Notes: generated from the letters alone by a model not told the origin. A stretch of DNA of 64,000 nucleotides from Histomonas meleagridis 2922-C6/04-290x (GCA_020184695.1 JAANOX010000126.1:558001-622000), one strand, 5' to 3'. Positions 9,568 to 20,276 are shown, counted from the stretch's first letter. Translations and numbers: made by a program.

Positions 9568-12500
9568 TTGAAATTTCATATCATTAACATGAAAAAAACA
9601 ATTGAAGTCATTGGTAAGTCCCAAGACGCTACCAGTTTTAGTGAAGCCTTCAACGCCGTCAGGATGTCGGTATTTTTAAACATTGTACCTGATAGCACGA
9701 TTGACATTTTATTTGTTTTTGATAATATGATAAATGATATTATTCAATATATTCAACCTACCACAGTTATCTTTTTATTTGACTCTTCTATATCTATTGG
9801 CGTTGGTGAAATTTATCCATGCAAATTAATCTCTCCATTAACATTTTCACTTATTGATGAAAACCAACAACTTTCACGCAATTTCCATTTTGCTTTTGGA
9901 TACATTGCACTTGCCAAAATCAAGATATCTTTTAAAGATGATTCTGCTTTTTTCTTTAATTCAGTTTATGCTTCCAAAACAAATATCAAGAAGGCCAAAC
10001 CAACGGAAAACAAAGTTGTTGTTAGGGATCCCAAAAACTCAACATTTCATTTAATTATTGCGTTAGATTGTACTGCTTCTATGGCGATCCAAATCACCAA
10101 CATTAAGAACACACTTCGATCAGTCATTAACACCATTAAAAAAGAACATCCGAAAGTCTTAATTAGTTTTTATGCATTTCGTGATTATACAGATAAAGAT
10201 GTTATTAAGAAAGTTATATTCCAAGAAAATGTATATACAATTATCGATGCAATCTCACAAGAACGTGCTACAGGTGGTGGAGATAAAGCAGAAGCACATA
10301 AAACATGTTTATATGAAATATATAAAGATATAACATCATCACAAATTGAAAATCTTATTTCAGTTTGTATCTTTATTACTGATGCGCCACCACATATCGC
10401 ATATGAACCAACATCACCTGAAGCAATCATGGAACGCGAAGCATTGAAAGATAATCAAATAGCTTCAGATTGGATAACACTTGCACGTAATTTAGGTCAT
10501 ATTGGATGTCAAGTCTATACCTTTTTCTCCAAGATTAATGATGACATTAAACCAATGGCAATCATGAGCAAATATACAAAAGGTTTATGCTTCTATATTC
10601 AAGATAATCAAGAAGCATTTCAGAAACAAACGTTAGCTATAATTGGTGGACTTGTTACACAAGGTAAGGACCCTATTATAGTTGATGGAATTAGACTTTA
10701 TTCAACATCTGATAAAGCTGAAGAAGAAGAAACAATTAAGAAAATTACATTGAATCAAACAATTGATAAGCAGAAAATTCAAACTGCTGTTATGTTATCA
10801 GGACAATTAATGAGATTAGATCCTTCATCACGTGCAGCTAAAAGAGTTACAATTACTTCATCCGAATTGATTGAATCAGGAAAAGTAGCAATTAAAGCAT
10901 TAAAAGCATTATATAAATTATGTCAAGGTAATCCGGCAGGTTATGAATTCTTTGATAGTATTAAAGGAAATAATGTTTTAAAGAAAATTGGAGAAGAACT
11001 TAAGAAAGATACACCTAATCCAACATGGTTTACATCATCAACAATAGAATGTATTTGTTCTGCTTCTACTTATACTGATGCATTCGAAGCGTTATTAGAA
11101 TTTGATGAAGATTCCAAATGCACTGATATTTTAAGTATATTTTCTATGATTGGAAACTTTGTGATTGGATATCCATTTTTATTTGAATTAAATCCAACTG
11201 GTAAATTTAATATGGAAGATGCATGGGCAATTAATCTTAAAAGTATTAGTACATCTTATACATTATCAATCTCATCATTATATGATATATTAATACATAG
11301 TGGCACACAAGAAGCAATTGGTAAATTTAGAGATTTAATGGTACGTAATCAAAAATCAGGAATTGTTCCAATATGTATACCTGGCGATTTATTAGGCGTT
11401 TATGTAACAAAGATTTTAGACGCTACAAAATGGCTTGATTCATTAGTATCTTATGGTTTACATCGTAACATTGAGCCACTTCCATCAATCACTAGAGCTA
11501 CATGTTGTGATTTCATTGTTAAAATTTGTAGAAGTTCATTTAAAGAAGGAAAAATAACACCAAATCAAAGAGAATCAATTACGAATATTTTGTTTATGAT
11601 GGAATCAATGGTATCTTTAGGATGCAAAGATATTATGAAAGCATTTAAAGAAGCATTTCAAAACGAAGTTATACCTTATGATGCATTTTCACCTCAAGCT
11701 CCTTATAATTGTTCTTCTTTAATTAAATTACTTAATGTTATAATCCAACTTAAAAATGATATCCAAAATCTTAATGAAGATTATGCGCAAAAATTATTCC
11801 ATTATTTCATATATGAAGGTATAGCAATGTTAGCTCCATCTATTAAGGAAACTAAATTTGATTCATTATTAAAAGTGATTTTCGGAGATATTGAAGTCGA
11901 TGTTAATGATGTCGAAAATATGAATCCTTTAGAAAGTTCAAATTATCGAGTATTCGATAACGTTCATTTTAATGTAAAAACATTTACACAAAGTTCAATT
12001 ATTCGATTATCAGTACATTTATTTAAAACAATTTGGAGTTTCTTTAGACCAAATGAAAAATTCATTGTTCCTTCCGATGTAGAATTAACAGCAGCATATG
12101 CACAAGCGCTTGTAATGTTTCCACGTGTCAGCAAATATAAAATTAATGATTCTTCAAATGAACCTACGACAATTCTTATTCCAAAGTTCAACTTAGAAAA
12201 TCCACAAAAGTCATTACAAGTTGTTATGCATATTTATTTCAGGAAGACAAAACTCGAAGATCTTTTAACCCTTCAAGAAAACAGACGAGTTTATCTCAAA
12301 AATATGATAATATCCGATTTAATCATTGCATTTCGCAATTGTGACTTCGAAGAGTTTTATAATATTTTAATGCAAGGTAATCAACTTGATTGGATGAGAA
12401 AACCTTTTCTTTTAGATATGACTGATTGTCAAGACATTTTCAATAGGATTTTAGATGAGGTTAAAAAGCCTGAGCCATATGGTGATGAGTTTTATTTTAA

Positions 12501-12912
12501 TATTTTGAATTTGTTAGCTTTGGGTGAATCTGGTTCACATGTTTGGCAAAAGTTAAAATCATTTAGAAATGATTCTACTGTGAGGGAATATACCAACCGA
12601 TTCTTGCCTGATAATAATGCGGTGTTGAACTTTTATAAAATGAATTCCCAACGTAAAACTGTGAATCGTCATGGACATAATAAATACACATGTCCAAATT
12701 CGGATATGTATACTGAGCTTTACGCAAGAAGAAGAATCATTTGTACAATCGCACAGTTTTACTTCTTGCCTGATTTGCCACATCACGTTTCACCAATAAA
12801 ACCAAAAATTATTTGGGCATTATCAAAGAAAATTAACGCACCACCAAAAGAAGAAATTATGGAGCTAGCAAATCAGATATATGAGGAAATGAAATCATTC
12901 GAAGATTATTAA
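9568..12912 (+). CDS. Large vWA-domain protein (vwkA/alpha-kinase-type vWA); likely ATG at 9589
   Basis: LIIALDCTASM (MIDAS DxTxS), FRDY, GGGDKAEA and FITDAPPH are motifs of this vWA subfamily. The remaining ~750 aa are unassigned. Confidence 0.7.
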   Translation: MKFHIINMKKTIEVIGKSQDATSFSEAFNAVRMSVFLNIVPDSTIDILFVFDNMINDIIQYIQPTTVIFLFDSSISIGVGEIYPCKLISPLTFSLIDENQQLSRNFHFAFGYIALAKIKISFKDDSAFFFNSVYASKTNIKKAKPTENKVVVRDPKNSTFHLIIALDCTASMAIQITNIKNTLRSVINTIKKEHPKVLISFYAFRDYTDKDVIKKVIFQENVYTIIDAISQERATGGGDKAEAHKTCLYEIYKDITSSQIENLISVCIFITDAPPHIAYEPTSPEAIMEREALKDNQIASDWITLARNLGHIGCQVYTFFSKINDDIKPMAIMSKYTKGLCFYIQDNQEAFQKQTLAIIGGLVTQGKDPIIVDGIRLYSTSDKAEEEETIKKITLNQTIDKQKIQTAVMLSGQLMRLDPSSRAAKRVTITSSELIESGKVAIKALKALYKLCQGNPAGYEFFDSIKGNNVLKKIGEELKKDTPNPTWFTSSTIECICSASTYTDAFEALLEFDEDSKCTDILSIFSMIGNFVIGYPFLFELNPTGKFNMEDAWAINLKSISTSYTLSISSLYDILIHSGTQEAIGKFRDLMVRNQKSGIVPICIPGDLLGVYVTKILDATKWLDSLVSYGLHRNIEPLPSITRATCCDFIVKICRSSFKEGKITPNQRESITNILFMMESMVSLGCKDIMKAFKEAFQNEVIPYDAFSPQAPYNCSSLIKLLNVIIQLKNDIQNLNEDYAQKLFHYFIYEGIAMLAPSIKETKFDSLLKVIFGDIEVDVNDVENMNPLESSNYRVFDNVHFNVKTFTQSSIIRLSVHLFKTIWSFFRPNEKFIVPSDVELTAAYAQALVMFPRVSKYKINDSSNEPTTILIPKFNLENPQKSLQVVMHIYFRKTKLEDLLTLQENRRVYLKNMIISDLIIAFRNCDFEEFYNILMQGNQLDWMRKPFLLDMTDCQDIFNRILDEVKKPEPYGDEFYFNILNLLALGESGSHVWQKLKSFRNDSTVREYTNRFLPDNNAVLNFYKMNSQRKTVNRHGHNKYTCPNSDMYTELYARRRIICTIAQFYFLPDLPHHVSPIKPKIIWALSKKINAPPKEEIMELANQIYEEMKSFEDY

Positions 12913-13876
12913 AATAAAATTATAAATAATTGCTTATATTATTTTGTTTATTAGATGAGAATTAACTTCTTTCATTTTCGTTTTTTCATGGTAATTAATT
13001 TCATTGCGTGCACAACTTCCATAAAAACAATTATGAATATGTTTTAAAACATTTTATGTTAGTTTAAAGAAGAACATCACGCGATGCATCGATCCCCAAA
13101 TATCTTTCAGAATAGCAATAAAAATGAGGCTTTGTGATTCCATCAAAGTGGTTGAATTTGATATAGATCTCCAACATTGTATATTTTCATATCAATATTA
13201 TTGTATTCAAAAGATTCAACATTAAAATCAATTATCCGAAATTTCAATTTCCAAGATATATTATTTATATATAATTGTAGTTATTTCACATGCAACATTT
13301 TGGAATGTTCAATCATACATTATTAAAATCATATATAATTTATCTAATTTAATAACCATTCAAAAGACACTAAAATTTTCGAAATGTCTCAGATTTAACA
13401 ATATGTTTAGAGTCATTAATATGTTCTGCAATGGTTGTAATTTTACAAAATTTTGAACCATTTATTGTTTCACTGAGTTCGTTTGATTGCATTCCGATGT
13501 TTTTCACAAACTTTTTCTTATCATAACGGTTGCCAGTGTTTTTTGTGCTACAGTTTCTAAGTTCAAATTGATAATATTTACAAAAATAAAAATAAAAACG
13601 TGTTTGCTGTTCCCCAAACGCATAAAATTCGAAACTTAAAGATATAGTTTTTATTTCGAAATTTTTTTTATGAAGATTTTTGTTTGGTCGGTGCGATAGC
13701 GTTCAAAAGTCTGAGCGTACCAAAGTTATCGTCGACGGTTTTTTGCAGAAACGTCCGGCCAATGCACAATGTAAAGTCATCAAAAAGCACGATCAAGAGG
13801 TCGTTCAAGATTGAACCTGTGAATTGAATGGTACTTTTTGACTATCCCATTGAAAAACAGCTGTTCATCATTATAA

Positions 13877-15178
13877 ATGCGGAAGGTAGTCAGAGTCTTT
13901 AATTTTCTCCTCGGTGGTTTAATAACTTCGTTCATCATAATCATGACCTGCGCATTAGGATACAACGCCTATTATCATGATCACAACTTTTTCTCCAGAA
14001 ATACATATGGCCAACATTCAAAAGTTGCTGATGTAGCAATTGTAATCGTAGTTTTCGCCGCAATCTCGGCAGTTGCTATGCTCCTTTATTTGGCTTTCTA
14101 TGTAATGAATTTACCATCAGTAGCAAAATTATCAATGTTAACAATTGCTATCATTACATTTTTGGCTACACTCCTTGCGCAAATCATCGGACTTAGCTAT
14201 ACAACATATGGAAATTCATTAGTTTCTAGTATCTATTCATACTACGATAACGATGAAGATTTCAAAAATTATATCGATACAAACTATCAAGTTGGTGACT
14301 CATCAGCAGATTTCGAAATCCCAGTCGCCAATAATTCAGTCGGTTACGATCCAAATACTTTCAGTGATTTTATTGTTTCATATCGTTACTATGATAATGG
14401 CGTATACAGAACAGGAAGAGCTCCATCATGTAAGTTCACCAATTTGACTCTTGAGACAATTACACTTGGAAGCAATCTTACATCAATGCTTGGCCCATGT
14501 TTCTATGACTTTTCTAATGTCCAAGGAACATGTATTGGTCGCTGGGACCCTGAAACATTCCGTAATTATTGGTGCTATATTGTTACAAATCGTAATGATA
14601 GACTTGAACAAGAAACAGTCGATGAACAGATTCAATACCAAGCCTCACGTGATCGTGATCATACTGGTTATGGTACATTTGCTAACTTTTATGCTTTGAA
14701 CCTTTATCTTATCATTGTTGAAGTAATTGTTACCGTAATCATTCTCGTATTGATAATCACAATCGCAGCAATGCAATGTTGCAGAACCAGATCTAGGCAA
14801 CCTAAGGGAAAGAAGACTAATGAACCTAAGGAGCCAAAGAAGAAGCCAGAGCCTAAGAAGAAGGAAGAGCCAAAGAAGAAACCGGAACCAAAGAAGAAGG
14901 AGGAACCCAAGAAGAAAGAGGAACCAAAGAAGAAGGAAGAGCCAAAGAAGAAAGAAGAACCAAAGAAGGAGGAGCCTAAGAAGAAACCAGAGCCAAAGAA
15001 GGTGTTACCTCCACCATCTGATTCAGACACTTCTTCATCTTCATCTTCTTCATCTTCAACAGAGGAAGACGAATATGAAGAAGAATACGAAGAAGAAATT
15101 ATTGAAGAAGAATATGAAGATGAAACATCAAGCTCAAATGAAGAAAGCTCATCATCAAGTTCATCCTCATCTGATTAA
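13877..15178 (+). CDS. Tetraspanin-like 4-TM protein with a charged repetitive tail
   Basis: Three N-terminal TM helices, a large Cys-containing loop, a fourth TM ending QCC, then PKKKEE repeats and an S/E-rich tail. Confidence 0.6.
   Translation: MRKVVRVFNFLLGGLITSFIIIMTCALGYNAYYHDHNFFSRNTYGQHSKVADVAIVIVVFAAISAVAMLLYLAFYVMNLPSVAKLSMLTIAIITFLATLLAQIIGLSYTTYGNSLVSSIYSYYDNDEDFKNYIDTNYQVGDSSADFEIPVANNSVGYDPNTFSDFIVSYRYYDNGVYRTGRAPSCKFTNLTLETITLGSNLTSMLGPCFYDFSNVQGTCIGRWDPETFRNYWCYIVTNRNDRLEQETVDEQIQYQASRDRDHTGYGTFANFYALNLYLIIVEVIVTVIILVLIITIAAMQCCRTRSRQPKGKKTNEPKEPKKKPEPKKKEEPKKKPEPKKKEEPKKKEEPKKKEEPKKKEEPKKEEPKKKPEPKKVLPPPSDSDTSSSSSSSSSTEEDEYEEEYEEEIIEEEYEDETSSSNEESSSSSSSSSD
14821..15001 (+). 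repeat. Coding 18-nt repeat, (EPKKKE/EPKKKP) x about 9
   Basis: EPKKKPEPKKKEEPKKKPEPKKKEE..., with many synonymous differences between units. Confidence 0.9.
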
Positions 15179-15458
15179 AAATAATATCATTTGATAGATT
15201 TTGATGTGCGTCACTTTTTTTGATGTCAAATTCATTTTGTGATGTGTTTCCTATTATTTGGCTATGTAATTTGCCAATTTTTTCTTTTGGTGTTTTGTTG
15301 TTTGTGTTATCGTAAAATATTTTAGAACATCAGATTTATTATTTTTTTTGATTTCATGAAAAAATGTTTTTTTATACAAAAATATCGTAAATATTTCACT
15401 ATTAAAAAGATGTTGTTAGAGAAAGATTAAAAACATGTTTATAAAAAATCTTAAAAAA

Positions 15459-15794
15459 TTACATTTCATGAAAATTTACGCTCTTACAATACGCATCGGC
15501 TTTTGCCATCAAGAATTGAATTTCGCTCATAACGTTATCAATTTCTTGATTAATTTTTGTCATTTGTTCTTGAAATTCTTGCTCATTTGATTCAAATTCG
15601 TGGAAACTAAGTGAACGAACATTGGGCGTTTCTTCCCAATGTGATAATAATTCGGAAAGACTAAGAGAGCTTTGTTGATTTGATTTTGATTTCCCAAAAG
15701 ACATTGGACAGTACGTTAAGGTTGGGGTGCACCATATAACCTTCTTTTTTTGAGTGAGAAAAGCGGTTTCTGTTAAAGGTTGGCCATTTTGCAA
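15459..15794 (-). CDS. Small hypothetical coiled-coil protein (start uncertain)
   Basis: 111-aa ORF from TTG. The first ATG gives MSFGK..., and the C-terminus has heptad-like residues. Confidence 0.45.
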   Translation of the reverse strand: MQNGQPLTETAFLTQKKKVIWCTPTLTYCPMSFGKSKSNQQSSLSLSELLSHWEETPNVRSLSFHEFESNEQEFQEQMTKINQEIDNVMSEIQFLMAKADAYCKSVNFHEM

Positions 15795-15813
15795 GAACGT
15801 TCCAGCAAAAAAA

Positions 15814-15904
15814 GTATGTACTTTCCGTGATGAGTTGATGCCGCCCCAGTCTGAGACATGAGGATACGGCCTCTCTGATCCAAAATAGACATTCTAACAC
15901 ACAG
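15814..15904 (+). other. Canonical parabasalid spliceosomal intron (91 nt) in an apparently non-coding host
   Basis: Begins GTATGT (15814) and ends TCTAACACACAG (15893-15904), matching the Trichomonas GTAYGT...ACTAACACACAG consensus at 11/12 of the 3' motif. Confidence 0.85.
15827..15878 (+). ncRNA. Box C/D snoRNA, predicted guide for LSU rRNA Gm2251-equivalent (snR67/SNORD31-like)
   Basis: Box C GTGATGA 15827-33, D' CTGA 15851-54, C' ATGAGGA 15858-64, D CTGA 15875-78. The D' guide (T)GCCGCCCCAGT is antisense to the conserved LSU P-loop (A)CUGGGGCGG. Confidence 0.88.
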
Positions 15905-16260
15905 AGTGAAAAAATAAAATCTTTGAAGATTCTTTGATTGTTGTTTTATTTTAATAAAAAGAGATAAACTTGAACTTTAATTGTTATTTTTTCTTTTTTG
16001 TTGATGTAGTTATTGGGATTTTAGGACGATTTTTTCATCATTATTGCAATCATTTTAAACTTTAAAATTAATAATTTCTTTTGTTCTTCGAAAAAAAGTT
16101 TTTTATATGGAATGGTTTTTTATGTGAAATAGTTTTTTATTTCGAAAGTAAAGCGATTCCAAAAGTACTTTGCATCTTGAGCATGTAACGGTTTTAACTT
16201 TTTATATGAAAACTTGTCTGCCAAAATTTTTGAACGCAAAAATTACTGCCAATATTTCCT

Positions 16261-16833
16261 ATGTCCAACCATTCAGGAGAGAAAAAGCCAATACAGAAGT
16301 CAAATGTAATTTTTCTCAGTAATATTCCCCCCAACAAAAATGATGTTCATGAAGTTTTTAAACATTTCAAGCATTATGGTCGTATCCAATCAATATGGGC
16401 TGAAGGAACCAAAGCCACAATAGTTTATGAAACTCCTGAAATGGCTGAAGCTGCCTTTAATTCCCCAGAAGCATTTGTTGGTAATCGATTTGTCCGCTAT
16501 TTTTATCATAAGAAACCGGAAGAAGCTGAATCAAGCCTTTCCAAAATAGTTGACAAAGACCGTGTAAATGCCGCTCTTAAAGAAGCCAAACAACAAATTG
16601 CTAATGCACAAAAAGATACCATAATGCTTCAAAGCCAAATCTCATCACAAAATCTTATAAACACAAAGAAAGAGATTGAAGACTTGCTTAAGGAAGTTAA
16701 ACTCAAACTTATATCAGAAACCAATCCAGAATCTCGTGCAGAATATGAGAATGATTTACAGTCTCTTGAAGAGATGCTGCAGTCTATTGAAAAAGACATT
16801 TCGCAAAAGGAAAATACAAATAATACTGAATAA
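16261..16833 (+). CDS. RRM protein (RBM26/27-like RRM) with a coiled-coil C-terminus
   Basis: IFLSNIPPNKN..VFKHFKHYGRIQSI...ATIVYETPEMAEAAFNSPEAFVGNRFVRYFY. Confidence 0.75.
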   Translation: MSNHSGEKKPIQKSNVIFLSNIPPNKNDVHEVFKHFKHYGRIQSIWAEGTKATIVYETPEMAEAAFNSPEAFVGNRFVRYFYHKKPEEAESSLSKIVDKDRVNAALKEAKQQIANAQKDTIMLQSQISSQNLINTKKEIEDLLKEVKLKLISETNPESRAEYENDLQSLEEMLQSIEKDISQKENTNNTE

Positions 16834-16842
16834 AACTTTGTT

Positions 16843-17598
16843 TTAGTGCTTCTTACCTCCTTTTCCTGGCTTCTTGCGTACTCTTGTCTTCTCTACCTCT
16901 TGTGCTGCCTCTGTTGTGCAGGATGCGCCTGCGATCTTGAAGACTGCTTGTCCGTTTGTCATTTTGGATAGTTGTTCATTTAATGCATCGAACTTTCCGG
17001 GTGAAACAGTAAGTGAAATGTAGGCGTTCTCAGGACCATATTCTTCACGAGTAACAGTGCCCAAATTATAACAGATACCAATTGCTTGGCCAAGTTTGGT
17101 ATTTGGAATGACAACAGTGCCTTCGATTTGACTCTCGGAAAGTCGTATAACTGTTGTGAGCTTAGGAAGAAGTGCGCGGACATTACGCTCAGCTGATATA
17201 TCTGGATCAATACGAGCTTTGATTTCTTGAAGTGCACTTTCAATACGTGTAACAGGATGTGGTGTACGCGTGGATGGTTCAATGAAATTCTGATGGATGA
17301 AATTGATAACTTCAAGTTTCCTTTTCTCGATAATTTCGCGTTTTTCTTGTGCTGTTAAACTGTACTTACCATTTTTCATTATTTCTTCAAGAAGTTCTCT
17401 TCCACTAAGACCAAGTTTTCCAATATCGGCTTCGCTTGCAACATCACCACGTGAAGAATTGGTATAAATACGATCATCTGCAATGGCATCAGCAAGTGAA
17501 CATTGACCTTCACGGAACTTTGTTACCTTTCCTGGCTTACCAAGAACCTCAACTTTAACGCCGTTCTTTTGATAAGTTACTACTTGGAATTGCGACAT
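16843..17598 (-). CDS. SBDS: SBDS/Sdo1 ribosome maturation factor
   Basis: Motifs IYTNSSRGDVAS, EKRKLEVINFI, EPSTRTPHP and RIESALQE, with a C-terminal ferredoxin-like domain. Confidence 0.88.
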   Translation of the reverse strand: MSQFQVVTYQKNGVKVEVLGKPGKVTKFREGQCSLADAIADDRIYTNSSRGDVASEADIGKLGLSGRELLEEIMKNGKYSLTAQEKREIIEKRKLEVINFIHQNFIEPSTRTPHPVTRIESALQEIKARIDPDISAERNVRALLPKLTTVIRLSESQIEGTVVIPNTKLGQAIGICYNLGTVTREEYGPENAYISLTVSPGKFDALNEQLSKMTNGQAVFKIAGASCTTEAAQEVEKTRVRKKPGKGGKKH

Positions 17599-17638
17599 AA
17601 AATGGTCAGATGATTTGGGGTGCCCCTAATTTTGAGTA

Positions 17639-17664
17639 AATAACCGCCTCGTGGGGCGGTTATT
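17639..17664. promoter_or_regulatory. GC-rich palindrome in the SBDS/RLP24 divergent intergenic region
   Basis: AATAACCGCCT-CGTG-GGGCGGTTATT: 11-bp stem including one G-T pair, 4-nt loop. Regulatory role is inferred. Confidence 0.5.
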
Positions 17665-18044
17665 GTCTCTACTTATATTTTGATCTAATTCTCCAATATA
17701 GACCGAAAAACCTAGAGACATAACCATGATATTTTAATCAGCATTATATTATATAATTTATGAGTAAATTTAAATTTGGTATGGTTCATGTAAAAATTGT
17801 ATTTTAATAAATCATGAACAGAAATAATTTATTATAATAATATTTTTTTGTATTGTGGTCAAAATTAATGTATTGGCTACGTTATTACTACAACATATTG
17901 TATTAATGTCAGTTTACCTTCATCAAAACTTCAACTTGAGGAGATTTAGATTTTGACTGAGTTTTGTTGTCAAAAAAATTGAATCAATATTTTTTAGTTA
18001 ACATGTCATGCTCGACTTGAAAAAGTAGATTTTGGTCATGCAAA

Positions 18045-18587
18045 ATGGTAAGAGTCGAAAAATGTTCTTTTTGTGGAGGACCTGTTTGGCCAGGCCACGG
18101 CACTATGTATGTTCGTAATGATTGCAAAACTTTTCGATTCTGTAGGGGAAAGTGCAGAAAGTTTTGGATGAAAAAGAAGAATCCTCGTAAATTCAAATGG
18201 ACAAAAGCTTATCGTGCAGCGCAAGGTAAAGACTTGGTTGTTGATTCAACTTTCGACTTTGAACAGCGTAGAAATCGTCCAATCAAATACGATCGTAATA
18301 TTGTTGCGCAAACGCTCCGCACAATTCGTTTGATTGATGAAATTCGTCAACAACGTGAGGCTGCACATTGGGAGAGGAGAATGAGAACAGCAGCCACTAT
18401 TGAAACAAGACAGAAATTATTTGATATTGCACAGAACATCAATCTCATTGAACATGTTCCTGAGGTTGTCAGAGAGCAAACACAAAGAGCAGAAGCTGAA
18501 ATTAATGAACATAAAGCTATGATATTAGAAGAAAGAAGACAAAAGCGTTTGCAACAAAAACAAGAGAATGGTAATAATGATCAATAA
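18045..18587 (+). CDS. RLP24: Ribosome biogenesis protein Rlp24 (RSL24D1)
   Basis: CSFCGGPVWPGHG..YVRNDCK.FRFCRGKC..NPRKFKWTKAYR..GKDLVVDSTFDFEQRRNRPIKY, with the long C-terminal extension typical of Rlp24 rather than eL24. Confidence 0.9.
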   Translation: MVRVEKCSFCGGPVWPGHGTMYVRNDCKTFRFCRGKCRKFWMKKKNPRKFKWTKAYRAAQGKDLVVDSTFDFEQRRNRPIKYDRNIVAQTLRTIRLIDEIRQQREAAHWERRMRTAATIETRQKLFDIAQNINLIEHVPEVVREQTQRAEAEINEHKAMILEERRQKRLQQKQENGNNDQ

Positions 18588-19089
18588 AAATATTAAAATT
18601 TCATTAAAAAATAAAAAATGTTCATAATAGATGAGTAGTAGCTTTTAATTTAATCATAGCTATGACAAAATTGTTATGTTAAGATTGGACTTCAAATCTC
18701 TTTTTGCTATATGAAGATTTTTCACAATTTTGATTTTATTGATGAAGTTAACATAAAAGGTTTCGCCTATTCTATTTGGCAAAAACTTTGTTGAAGAATG
18801 GTTTCATTTCTTATAACATTAATTTAATAATATTCAAGAAATATGAATCTTTGCATAATTATATGCTTGCAGAAGGAGCTTGCTTACTTAACGAGTAAAG
18901 ATTTATGTGTCTAATTATTATTTTTTCTCAAAAATATTGGACGTTACAGCAAGCCAGAAGCAAATTTCTCCTGTCAACTGCCACAGAAATTTGATCTTTT
19001 TCTTTAGCTCAAAATTGCTCTCAAATAACCCATAAATTGCATTCAAAAAATTTGATACTCACAAATCTCTATGTAAATCTCTCAAAAAC

Positions 19090-20175
19090 ATGCATACAAA
19101 AACAATGGGCGAGAGCCCACACCTTTTTTGTATTGACCTCCAGAATTGTCCTCATTGGCTTATTCTTACTATAGGGGCAATTGGAGTTTTTGGTTCTTTC
19201 CTTTTGCATGGATTGGCACATGAAAAGCTATATAAATATTACCATTTTTCAGAAACAGTGTTTCTCACGTTTGCTCAATTCCTTGGTTATGCTTCTCTTT
19301 CGCTACCATCAGCAATAAAGTTATTTAAAAACAGAAGTGAAATTAAAACCCCGATGGGCTTATATCTATTAACGTCAATTCTTTTAGGCCTTTCAATGTC
19401 TTTAGCAAACTATGCAGCACTTCGTTTAAGTTATGCAACAGAAGTTCTTTTTAAATCTTCAAAACTTATTCCAGTTATGATCGGAAATATCATATTTCTC
19501 AAGAAAAAACCAAGGCCTACAGAAGTGCTCTCAGTATGTCTAATAGTTTGTGGCTTAGTAAGTATTTCATTAGGTGATTTTAAAGGCAAAAATAAATTTA
19601 ATGCTGATGGCGTTATAGCAGTTATCTTATCTCTTTGTTGTGACGCCATAGCATCCAACATGGAAGACAAAATCATGTCTGTTTATGGTGCTTCTCAAGA
19701 TGAAATCATCACATTTTTATATGGAGCTGGATCCATCTTAATTGGCATTGTTTCGATAGCTAATGGACAGATGGTGTCAGGTATACGTCGAGTTAGCCAA
19801 GATCCCACCTCACTTATATATATATTTTTATTCTCATTTTTGGGTGCACTTGGAATTCAATTTGTTTACCTTATAATGAAAGTCTTTGGGTCGCTTTTGA
19901 CTGTTATGGTAACATCTTTGCGTAAAGCCATGACTGTTATGATGTCATTTGTTGTCTACAAAGACAAAAAGTTCACACATTTTCACGCGTTTGCTATTTT
20001 CATGATTGCCTCGGGCATTTCCTTGAACATATACGACAAAAATAGAGGGAAAAAGAAAGAAGAGGAAATCGATGAGGTCGAAATGTTAGAAAATAATTTT
20101 GTCGATGTGGAAATTAATAACAAAGATACAAACGAATCAGTTTTAAATCAAAAGAAATATTATAATAAAATTTAA
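19090..20175 (+). CDS. UAA-family (SLC35B-like) nucleotide-sugar/PAPS transporter
   Basis: About 10 TM helices with motifs LANYAALRLSYATEVLFKSSKLIPVMIG and VTSLRKAMTV. Confidence 0.88.
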   Translation: MHTKTMGESPHLFCIDLQNCPHWLILTIGAIGVFGSFLLHGLAHEKLYKYYHFSETVFLTFAQFLGYASLSLPSAIKLFKNRSEIKTPMGLYLLTSILLGLSMSLANYAALRLSYATEVLFKSSKLIPVMIGNIIFLKKKPRPTEVLSVCLIVCGLVSISLGDFKGKNKFNADGVIAVILSLCCDAIASNMEDKIMSVYGASQDEIITFLYGAGSILIGIVSIANGQMVSGIRRVSQDPTSLIYIFLFSFLGALGIQFVYLIMKVFGSLLTVMVTSLRKAMTVMMSFVVYKDKKFTHFHAFAIFMIASGISLNIYDKNRGKKKEEEIDEVEMLENNFVDVEINNKDTNESVLNQKKYYNKI

Positions 20176-20276
20176 AATTTCTCGATCAAACTCTTTGTTA
20201 ATAAAATGTCATTTCAAAAATTGTTTGCTATTATCTGTTTGTGATGATTTCATTTAGTTAACACATTAAACTCAAA

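Noticed and set aside
13680-13800. GC-richer stretch upstream of the tetraspanin-like gene as a snoRNA
   Set aside because: No correctly ordered C and D boxes on either strand.
15711-15716. Second donor-like GTACGT upstream of the snoRNA intron
   Set aside because: It lies within the opposite-strand ORF. The GTATGT at 15814 fits the snoRNA better, and the alternative cannot be supported without cDNA.
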